Shown here one piece after another: positions 16,081 to 23,684 of a stretch of DNA of 29,271 nucleotides. Under the pieces are notes generated by a model. That model was not told where the DNA came from and ran no database searches. It worked only from the letters and a program-made list of their open reading frames with translations. Source of the stretch: a virus (lineage: Duplodnaviria; Caudoviricetes); IMG/VR virus record IMGVR_UViG_3300028586_000063, positions 1 to 29,271 of that record; one strand, 5' to 3'. Both the position numbers and the translations under genes were made by a program. Positions within the stretch are counted from its first letter, which is position 1; each line of letters opens with the position of its first letter.

Positions 16081-16579
16081 GTCGCCTGGGTACCCTCTGG
16101 TTGTCATTGGCGTTGACCCAGGTGGGACTACTGGTGTTGCTGTCTTTGGGTTCACAGAGAAAACTGTCCAGTACATTGAGCACTTTCAGTGGGGCGACCA
16201 GAATTATGTCTGGCAGGAGATTCATGCGCTGGTTCATAAGTGGCAGCAAAAGGGGTTCCCGGTAGTCCTGGTCGTTGAGCAGTTCGACAAGCGACCAGGC
16301 ATCGTGAACCCTGACTTTAGTGCAAAGTACATCACACGAGATATCACGAACTACATCAAGGATGTCGAAATCATTTGGCAGCTGCCCGCACAGGCTAAGA
16401 CCCTCGTACCGCAGCCCAAGAATGGTAGGCCAGATGCGCTCAAGCGCTTCGGCTGGTACTCGACATCGAACCGCCACGCTAACGACGCTGTGCGGCACGT
16501 CATTGTGTTCGCAGCAGAAAAGCTAAGGCACCTGCCAACTGTGCTAATCGGTTGGCCTAAGCAGAAGAGGACTACATGA
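16064..16579 (+). CDS. RuvC-like Holliday junction resolvase
   Basis: IGVDPGGTTGVA, VVEQF, HANDAVRH; TTG start 8 nt after AGGAGGT. Confidence 0.82.
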   Translation: MLTKYESPGYPLVVIGVDPGGTTGVAVFGFTEKTVQYIEHFQWGDQNYVWQEIHALVHKWQQKGFPVVLVVEQFDKRPGIVNPDFSAKYITRDITNYIKDVEIIWQLPAQAKTLVPQPKNGRPDALKRFGWYSTSNRHANDAVRHVIVFAAEKLRHLPTVLIGWPKQKRTT

Positions 16580-17817
16580 CACAGCGAGCGCTTACACAGG
16601 CGGACCTAGACTCTGTTCAGGGACTGTCTAGCAGAGACGCAGCAACCAAGCTGGGAGTTGGCAAGTCCACTGTCAACGACGCACGTAACGCTGCCCGTGA
16701 AAACGGTGGTTACTTGCCAGTTGTAACTAAGGAACTTAGTATCGAGTCAGCTGTTCCGCAGACCATCGAGGAAATTGACCTAGCACTTGAGGCTCGCGGC
16801 ATCTCACGTAAGACTCACAAGCTCACTGAGCGCTTTAGCATCTACGACGGACCCAACGGGCAGCCGAAGTATTCCTATCGCGTCAGTGCGACGCCTGTGG
16901 GCGCTGCGGATACAGATGAAGACCTCTCTGACGTTGATCTTCCTCTGCTCTACGCTGAGGCTCGACGTGAGTGGCAGGTTCGTCCGCCGACAGCAGCTGT
17001 TGAGTCGCAGAAGGCAATGGTCGTCGTCTGGGCTGATGTACAGACAGGGAAGACGGGCTCACGTGGCGGAACTCCCGAGCTGATTGCGCGCATTCAGGAC
17101 AAGAAGCAGGCGCTCGGTGAGTACATCACGAACAACGGGGTAGATGAAGCATATTTCCTCAGCGTGGGTGATGAGGTAGAGTCCTTTGAGAACACAGGAC
17201 AGCAGGCGTTTACGAATGACCTAAGCTTCCCGGCGCAGCTCGACCTAGAGCTGACATTTGAGCTTGAGATGGTCCGACTGCTCGCTGCCTCGCACAGTGC
17301 GGTTACTGTGGCTGGTATTTCTTCCAACCATTGCCGTTGGCGAGCAGGCAAGAACGCTCTGGGTACTCCTAACGATGACTATGGAATCTACATCAAGCGC
17401 CAGCTTGAAAAGGCACTACGTCTGAATGAGGCGTACGACCACGTGAGCTTCCGGTACGCTGAGGAGTGGGACGAGACAATGGTGGTCGATGTCAAGGGCA
17501 CCAAGGTTGGTCTTGCGCATGGTCATCAGGTGAGCAGCCCCAACAACATTCAGAAGTGGTGGACTGAGCAGGCTTTCGGTAACCAGCCGCTATCGAGCGC
17601 AGACGTGCTTGTAACGGGCCATTTCCACTCCTTCCGTATGCAGCCAATGGGACGCTCTGCTAGGACTGGAAAGAGCCGCTGGTGGCTCCAGGCACCGACC
17701 CTTGACAATGGTTCTGACTGGTACCGCAATCTCAAGGGTGACGACAGCGACCCAGGTATGCTAGTCTTCCTTGTGGACGAGCATGGACTCGACCTTCAGA
17801 GCCTGACTATCCTATAA
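16576..17817 (+). CDS. Calcineurin-like metallophosphoesterase with N-terminal HTH
   Basis: ADVQTGK, VGDEVE, SNH, AHGH, TGHFH; AATKLGVGKSTVND. Confidence 0.85.
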   Translation: MTQRALTQADLDSVQGLSSRDAATKLGVGKSTVNDARNAARENGGYLPVVTKELSIESAVPQTIEEIDLALEARGISRKTHKLTERFSIYDGPNGQPKYSYRVSATPVGAADTDEDLSDVDLPLLYAEARREWQVRPPTAAVESQKAMVVVWADVQTGKTGSRGGTPELIARIQDKKQALGEYITNNGVDEAYFLSVGDEVESFENTGQQAFTNDLSFPAQLDLELTFELEMVRLLAASHSAVTVAGISSNHCRWRAGKNALGTPNDDYGIYIKRQLEKALRLNEAYDHVSFRYAEEWDETMVVDVKGTKVGLAHGHQVSSPNNIQKWWTEQAFGNQPLSSADVLVTGHFHSFRMQPMGRSARTGKSRWWLQAPTLDNGSDWYRNLKGDDSDPGMLVFLVDEHGLDLQSLTIL

Positions 17818-17826
17818 GGAGGAAAC

Positions 17827-17946
17827 ATGAAGAGCTGGATTCCTAAGTTCCACCACAACGAGCGCTACACCCCTTGGGGCAAGCAAGTGCACACCTGGTG
17901 GGAGTGGCGAGGTAACGTATACTTCGACACCTGGGAGCACATCTAA
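17827..17946 (+). CDS. Trp/His-rich 39-aa peptide, absent from the ORF track
   Basis: AAGGAGG RBS; MKSWIPKFHHNERYTPWGKQVHTWWEWRGNVYFDTWEHI; ends immediately before the terminator. Confidence 0.65.
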   Translation: MKSWIPKFHHNERYTPWGKQVHTWWEWRGNVYFDTWEHI

Positions 17947-17949
17947 ACA

Positions 17950-17991
17950 CAAAGAACCCCCGGACCTTGACAGGTCACGGGGGTTTCTTTG
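17950..17991. terminator. Bidirectional intrinsic terminator between convergent arms
   Basis: CAAAGAACCCCCGGACCT-TGAC-AGGTCaCGGGGGTTTCTTTG; A-rich before and T-rich after the GC stem. Confidence 0.85.
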
Positions 17992-18010
17992 TAGATGTAC
18001 GATCACCTAC

Positions 18011-18451
18011 CTAGCTAGAGCGGTAAGGATTCTGTGTAATCTCCAGGTCTTCATCCAATAGGCTTGGCTCCCTTGCTACAATTTCGGCGTACTTAGCTAG
18101 TTGCGATTCTAGGTCTGCGATACGGCGATCCTTTTCTGCGTTACGTTCCTCAAGCTCATGGATCGTACCATAGAGGCTGCGAATAAGGGTCTGATCGTCC
18201 CTTGACGCATCTTCTAGCTTGTCGACGTACTCACGTAGTGCGGAGATGGTCTTTTCATTAGCTTCCTTGTCGGCACGGTTGTCCTGGATTGTACCGTTGA
18301 GGATGCTAAAGACGTTACTGATTTCGCTCTGTCGGTCAGCCGGTGTGCGCAGGCGCTTGTTCAGGATTACCTGTACGATAACACTGATAGCTGTGATGAT
18401 AGAGCCGATGATTCCTGTGGCTACAACAAACTGTACCAGATCGATGCCCAA
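18011..18451 (-). CDS. Membrane-anchored coiled-coil protein (lysis cassette)
   Basis: One N-terminal TM followed by a long heptad region. Confidence 0.75.
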   Translation of the reverse strand: MGIDLVQFVVATGIIGSIITAISVIVQVILNKRLRTPADRQSEISNVFSILNGTIQDNRADKEANEKTISALREYVDKLEDASRDDQTLIRSLYGTIHELEERNAEKDRRIADLESQLAKYAEIVAREPSLLDEDLEITQNPYRSS

Positions 18452-18456
18452 GATGG

Positions 18457-18900
18457 TTACACGTCCTTTCGGGCATCAGCGGCTTCCTTACGGAACCGGG
18501 GAATCACGATGATGATGCGGTAGATGATTACGCTGAGGCTGAAGTACGCGAGCACAGAGAGGGCTGCCCGTGTGTCGGGTGTCTCGGTGAGCAACAGGCT
18601 GAGCTGGGTGATTGTGTAGGTGAATGGACCGACTGCGGCAAGGATAAGACCAAACAGCTCTACGGATACGGAGATTACACGTACCTTTGCTTGTGCAGCC
18701 AGGCTCATCAGCAAGCCGACGATGGCTGTCAATCCACCTAGTGCTGCGGTCGTAGTCCAGATTGCTACCAGTGGCTCCTGGAGCGTCGCGTAGACACCGA
18801 TTGGGGTGAAGACTTGTAGCATCACGACCCATACGAAGAAGGCCACCATGACGTGAATCCATGCCCAGTGGGGGAGGGTCACCCGCTTGAGCAGATTCAT
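18457..18900 (-). CDS. Four-TM membrane protein (lysis cassette, holin-like)
   Basis: Four hydrophobic segments and a basic C-tail; downstream of endolysin. Confidence 0.75.
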   Translation of the reverse strand: MNLLKRVTLPHWAWIHVMVAFFVWVVMLQVFTPIGVYATLQEPLVAIWTTTAALGGLTAIVGLLMSLAAQAKVRVISVSVELFGLILAAVGPFTYTITQLSLLLTETPDTRAALSVLAYFSLSVIIYRIIIVIPRFRKEAADARKDV

Positions 18901-18903
18901 GGC

Positions 18904-19191
18904 TTACTCCTTTACAGCTGCGTGCTTAGGCACAGAGCCGAGGCCGATATTAGTCAGCCATAGGTTCACCGTTGGGATAGCCATGAGACGCGACAGGGCG
19001 GCTGCTACGGCTGTTACACCCGCGGCTAGTCCAACCATCCAGAGGTAGAGCGACGATTCCACAGGCAGCCCTAGGGCGTCGATAACCTGGGGTAGTACGA
19101 GTGCGAATCCGAGGAAGGCCGGAATGCCGACCTGCACTACGGTGCGCAGCACACGCTGCGACTTAAACCAAATGTCTTGTACCTGAATCAC
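18904..19191 (-). CDS. Putative holin
   Basis: RVLRTVVQ start, two TM, AAALSRLMAIP; GTGA overlap with endolysin, AAGGAG RBS. Confidence 0.75.
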   Translation of the reverse strand: MIQVQDIWFKSQRVLRTVVQVGIPAFLGFALVLPQVIDALGLPVESSLYLWMVGLAAGVTAVAAALSRLMAIPTVNLWLTNIGLGSVPKHAAVKE

Positions 19192-19886
19192 TTTGTCTCC
19201 TTGGGGGTACCTAGGCGGGCTAGTAGGTCGGCAACAGAGGCAGCCAGACCGCGAACGAGGGTGTTCGTGTCCGCGTCGTCCTGAGCCTTAGTAATCTTCA
19301 GCTTAGGGGCGGGGACAGTAGCCTTTGCGCCTGGGTCACGAATGATGTAGTTCGTCCGCTCCACCGCCGCTGTGCGCTCATCCAGGTTCTTGAGTACCTG
19401 TGAGAATGAGGGCCCGTTTGTGTAAGCGGGATAGTTAAGTAGCTTGCCGATATCGGTGTCGCTCAGTGCCATGAGATTAATCTCCTTGCTTGTAATGTTG
19501 ACAGTGACCCATTCCTTGCGCCACTCAAAGTGCCAGGGCTCGCCACGTACAGTTTCGTGGAAACCGTAGCTAGCTGCATACTGACGGAAGACGATTGCTT
19601 CACGTGTCTTGACGTAGCCTACGTTTGAGCCAACATCAACACAGCGACCAGCAACATGGTTAGCACGAGGGTCGTCTGGTGACCAGGCTGGGTTGAATCC
19701 TGGCCGGTTTCGGTTCACGTAGAGGTAGTTCTGGCGCTCCCAGCTGCGTGTTCCCTCTGTTGCTACAATCGCAATGCCGGTGGCCTGCTTGATTTCTGCT
19801 ACCATTGCGTTCCAATGGCGAGCAGCATCGACGTTTAGTGTTTGCCCGTTGCCAATAGACGCCTGTGGTCCGGGTACATTTGCCAT
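19188..19886 (-). CDS. Endolysin, M15 (VanY-like) zinc peptidase domain plus C-terminal domain
   Basis: EGTRSWERQ, ANHVAGRCVD (SxHxxGxAxD variant), EPWHFE. Confidence 0.87.
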   Translation of the reverse strand: MANVPGPQASIGNGQTLNVDAARHWNAMVAEIKQATGIAIVATEGTRSWERQNYLYVNRNRPGFNPAWSPDDPRANHVAGRCVDVGSNVGYVKTREAIVFRQYAASYGFHETVRGEPWHFEWRKEWVTVNITSKEINLMALSDTDIGKLLNYPAYTNGPSFSQVLKNLDERTAAVERTNYIIRDPGAKATVPAPKLKITKAQDDADTNTLVRGLAASVADLLARLGTPKETK

Positions 19887-19898
19887 ACTAAGTTACTC

Positions 19899-20489
19899 CT
19901 AAACGTACTTTGCGTCGGTCCAGTTAAGCCCGTCGATTGCGAGGTCGAGGACGCCAGTGAACCCAACGCTACATACAAATGTAATTGCTCCAGCAGGAGT
20001 GATCGTCAGATAGCCATGTGTTCTATTGATGTCAACTGCAAATGCCTTGGCTGTCTTAGGGGCAAAGGCAGCGGGAATGCTTCCTGCGCCGTAGCTTGTT
20101 CCTACAACAAATAGGGCAGACGTGCTGCGGATAGCTCCCTCTAGATAGACACGACCATTCTGTGCCACAGCTCGCGCTCCGCGAACTGAGTCTGCACTGT
20201 AAACCCCCGTAGGCGTGAATGCGCCATATGTGGGAAGCATTGGCGCTTCCCACACAGTGCCGTTATAGATATACTCAACCTTCGTGTCTACCTGATACCC
20301 TGTAGCACCAGTAGTCATTCCCGCCTGAGCATCACGAGCTGCCTTATTAGCCCATACATAGCTAACACGCTGACGCTTGTTAAGTGCATTTTGGACTGAG
20401 ACAGCCAGCGTAGAGAATACCGTGTGCAGGGGCGCAACAGGGTCCGTGCCTACAGGCAGGTAGATTGAGTCAGGTGTAGTAGTAGCCAT
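19899..20489 (-). CDS. Minor tail protein (tail tip/fibre-like)
   Basis: AARDA...GATGYQVDTKVEYIYNGTVW, GRVYLEG, IPAAFAP; position in the operon. Confidence 0.8.
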   Translation of the reverse strand: MATTTPDSIYLPVGTDPVAPLHTVFSTLAVSVQNALNKRQRVSYVWANKAARDAQAGMTTGATGYQVDTKVEYIYNGTVWEAPMLPTYGAFTPTGVYSADSVRGARAVAQNGRVYLEGAIRSTSALFVVGTSYGAGSIPAAFAPKTAKAFAVDINRTHGYLTITPAGAITFVCSVGFTGVLDLAIDGLNWTDAKYV

Positions 20490-20498
20490 TGTTATCCT

Positions 20499-20527
20499 AT
20501 TCTAACATCATATTCGTTATTGCGCTA
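20499..20527 (-). promoter_or_regulatory. Possible extended -10 promoter (TAGCGC-N17-TAGAAT, with TGn)
   Basis: AT-rich intergenic gap; TGT-TAGAAT ends 9 nt before ATG 20489. Confidence 0.4.
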
Positions 20528-20528
20528 C

Positions 20529-21146
20529 TTATAGAGCGTCTCGCACAAGGAGGCTGCCGCCCATGAAGTACGTAAAGTTGTCCTGAGCGTTTAGCTCCAG
20601 CTTTACCGTAAGCGGAGTGTTAGTGGGAACGTCTGCGATCAGTGTCTTGTAACCAGACGGAGAGAACGAGGCACCCCCCGTAACAGCAACCCGCTGTGCT
20701 GGGTTTTCTAGGCCAGTTTCACGTGATAGCACCACATCACCGGTTTCTGTGTCGGTGATGGATACAACGAAGTAACCGCTGCCCCCGTTGAGCGACCCGC
20801 CATAGTTTAGTTCAAGCCGACCCGTGATACTGGTTACATCCACTGAAGCAGCTGTACCCGGGTACCAATTGCTGAAGTCACCCAAAGGTGTAGTAAACTC
20901 TACGTAGTTCAATACAGCTACGCTGCGTAGCTTCTCAGTGACTTCCTGCAAACTTGTTACAGTGTCTGCTAGCGTCTTGATTTGCTCTGCAAGGGCACGC
21001 GCGCTAGAGTTCTGCTGCTTGTTGACATTGATGTCATCGAGAACCTTGCGTCCAGCGCTTTGCTCTAGTTCTAGTAGCCGCTGATTGACGCTACGGCCCC
21101 AAGGAGCTGCATTAGGATCAAGATTCGGCTGAGGATAGACCGGCAT
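20529..21146 (-). CDS. Minor tail protein
   Basis: AAPWGRSV..RL plus coiled coil and beta-rich C-terminus; synteny. Confidence 0.78.
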   Translation of the reverse strand: MPVYPQPNLDPNAAPWGRSVNQRLLELEQSAGRKVLDDINVNKQQNSSARALAEQIKTLADTVTSLQEVTEKLRSVAVLNYVEFTTPLGDFSNWYPGTAASVDVTSITGRLELNYGGSLNGGSGYFVVSITDTETGDVVLSRETGLENPAQRVAVTGGASFSPSGYKTLIADVPTNTPLTVKLELNAQDNFTYFMGGSLLVRDAL

Positions 21147-22836
21147 AAGTTCTCCAGAGTGGTGTCATATTGAAATCGTTAAACGACCGACCAGCCTGAA
21201 TGGCGGCAAAGTCATCAAACGTATAGGCTGTTGTCTTAGGTGTAATACCAGGACCTACAAAATCCTCTAGCACAGCAAGCTGCCATGTGTTTCGGAAGTC
21301 GTTGAATACCGTGTCGGACGTTGCGGAGTAGTTGACTCCGGTAGGGTTTGTGGTGGCAGTATCGATGCGATAGAACGCATCTCGGAACCTACGGCGCGCT
21401 CCGGCGATGTTGCCAAACGCCTGGTTAGCAAAGTCCGAACGCACAACCTCGTAGTAGTAAGCGTTGAAATCGTCAAACGTCTTGCCTGCCCAGGTTGCGT
21501 TAAAGGCATCAAAGGTCTGACCATTCCAGACAGGTGCCTTACCGTCAACTCCCGCGCCGAATTCTGTGAACGTGGGGTAACGTAGGTTGTTGCTTACATC
21601 TGCGCGGTTAATGCCCGTCGAGGAAACAGATAGGCTCTGCTCATACCCCGAATAGCGTCCAGCTGTGCGAATTCCTAGGTCATAGGCATCTGCAATAGTT
21701 GAAATATAAGGATTGTCTACTGTAATACCGATACGCTGAGGTGTGTCACTATCAGGCACACCTGTGGGGATCGTCAGCGTCTGCTTATCGAAGTAAGTAC
21801 CTGTGCCCTGCAAGCGCAGGGAAGAATATGCGTCGCTGGTCCCAGCGCCAACAGCGATACGAAATGGGCCCTGCGTTGTCTGAGCACCGGTGATTGTCAG
21901 GTCGATTGTAGCGGGGTCTTCTCCGATAGCTACCTTGACAGACCCGCCGTTTCTAGTCCACTGAGCAGGTACAATAGCAAGACCATCCTGACCCACCACC
22001 GAATAGACACTACCGGTATCATATCGTCCTACATAAGCAACACATGTTGGCTGAATAATCGATAGCAGAGAAGCCGACACAGGGATGTTGACCTCTAGCG
22101 TCTCACCAGCATCCACCTGGTAAACGGGGGTGTCTTCTGTCCACACCCCATTCTTAGGGTAAACTTGTCCGTTGACCTTGTAGCTGTTCTGGTAGTAAAC
22201 TACCTCAATTGCCCGCGCAATTTGACCGCGCTTTACGGTGAGCGCTGCTGCCGTGTCTCTTCGAGATTCCGCGACACGTGTACGCAGGGGTCGAAAAACG
22301 ATGTTGTTAGACACCAAGGAAATTTCAGCACCACATACGATGGCAAACTGACGGAGCTTGTCAAAGATTACGTCTGTCCAACCCGGAGTTGGGATAGGCA
22401 GATTTGCTGAGTAACGGTAGCTGCTATCGCCAGGGGCCTCGAACACAATACCCGTTGTAATTCCGGCAAGGCCGAGATAGTAGCGAAAGGTCTGCTCCAT
22501 CGTGAGGAACTGCGGACTAGCTGATCGCGTAGAGAGGAGCACAGACATGCGCGAGTCAGCCGTAAGCGAGGCAATGCCATTGGAGGCATCAATGCCCGTC
22601 ACGGTAGCTGTAGTTGTGCCCTTAGCGCCGTCAGAAAGCGTGAGCACATCATCAATCAGTGTGATTGTGCCCTTAGCGCTAGGGTTCTCCACAATGCTCG
22701 TGGTCAACTGACCAACACCGCCATTGTTCGATGCAGGATCAAGTGGCGTAGCATCCTCGACGACAGAGTAGTCCGTGAGGTTAGTGGTTACACCGGCGTA
22801 CGAGCTTGTGCCCGTTACTGTTACCTCTACCGCCAT
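21118..22836 (-). CDS. Minor tail protein (large; baseplate/hub-like)
   Basis: YSVVEDATPLDP motif; second gene after tape measure. Confidence 0.82.
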   Translation of the reverse strand: MAVEVTVTGTSSYAGVTTNLTDYSVVEDATPLDPASNNGGVGQLTTSIVENPSAKGTITLIDDVLTLSDGAKGTTTATVTGIDASNGIASLTADSRMSVLLSTRSASPQFLTMEQTFRYYLGLAGITTGIVFEAPGDSSYRYSANLPIPTPGWTDVIFDKLRQFAIVCGAEISLVSNNIVFRPLRTRVAESRRDTAAALTVKRGQIARAIEVVYYQNSYKVNGQVYPKNGVWTEDTPVYQVDAGETLEVNIPVSASLLSIIQPTCVAYVGRYDTGSVYSVVGQDGLAIVPAQWTRNGGSVKVAIGEDPATIDLTITGAQTTQGPFRIAVGAGTSDAYSSLRLQGTGTYFDKQTLTIPTGVPDSDTPQRIGITVDNPYISTIADAYDLGIRTAGRYSGYEQSLSVSSTGINRADVSNNLRYPTFTEFGAGVDGKAPVWNGQTFDAFNATWAGKTFDDFNAYYYEVVRSDFANQAFGNIAGARRRFRDAFYRIDTATTNPTGVNYSATSDTVFNDFRNTWQLAVLEDFVGPGITPKTTAYTFDDFAAIQAGRSFNDFNMTPLWRTYAGLSSAES

Positions 22837-23684
22837 GCTTCATCCTCAATTAGTTGTACAGCTAGGCTCTGTCGATCCATAGCTACGTTGTTTTGTGTCA
22901 AAGAGGGCTGGGCCCCAAAGCGTAGTCCGCTGTGGCCCTGCCCAGAAATGAACCCACCCCGCTCAGGAGTGACGCCCGTAGGAAGTACCTGGGCCATCAA
23001 GCCTGTAATGATAGAGCTGCCCGTTCCCGCAAAGCTGATTTCAACCCCAGATACCTGCGCCCCATTCCAGCTGTTAGAGAATCGAACATCTGACGTGTTT
23101 GCCAGAATGGGAATAGCAGCTGGGGCACCGCTTGCAGGGGTGACGACGAGATTAGACGTAGCCGCAGTCGCCCCGTGAGCCCCAAACCATAGAGTATGGC
23201 TCGGAGGAATAGGGATAAACAACTTGGGACGCTGTGCTACAACAGGCCAATTTACTGAGTTCTGGTAGAGGATACCCTTAGTAGGATAACCCTGTGTGTT
23301 AATATACTCTACTGGGTATTCTACAGCTTCTCGGCGCGGTCCACCAGATAGCACAGGGGCGTCCTGAAGCACGGTGCGGGGGCTGGCCCAGTGCTGTGGT
23401 AGGACATTCTTGTCCATTGCAAAAGGGTCCAGCAGGAAAATTGCATTAGGTCCCCAAACACCCTCAGCGTAATCGGTAATCTGGCGAACTTCATTCCTCG
23501 ACAAGCTAGTCCATGAGTAATTGTAAGTCCGGTGCGCTGTTGTAGAGCGCTGAGTGATGGTGCCGCCGTTCAAAAGTGCGGCGGCACCACCCTCCCAGCC
23601 AATGCGAGAGCCATCGTAATTGGCGTCAGGGGCGCGAACCCAGGTCATGCGCTCGCGCGTCCCGAAGTAAATCATGTCTCTCAT
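22827..23684 (-). CDS. Minor tail protein (distal tail-like)
   Basis: Immediately after tape measure with TGATG coupling. Confidence 0.82.
   Translation of the reverse strand: MRDMIYFGTRERMTWVRAPDANYDGSRIGWEGGAAALLNGGTITQRSTTAHRTYNYSWTSLSRNEVRQITDYAEGVWGPNAIFLLDPFAMDKNVLPQHWASPRTVLQDAPVLSGGPRREAVEYPVEYINTQGYPTKGILYQNSVNWPVVAQRPKLFIPIPPSHTLWFGAHGATAATSNLVVTPASGAPAAIPILANTSDVRFSNSWNGAQVSGVEISFAGTGSSIITGLMAQVLPTGVTPERGGFISGQGHSGLRFGAQPSLTQNNVAMDRQSLAVQLIEDEAWR

Noticed and set aside
17967-17997. TTGACA in the terminator loop as an antisense promoter to the lysis genes
   Set aside because: The best -10 (TAGATG at spacer 19) lacks the conserved final T, and TACGAT is 25 nt away.
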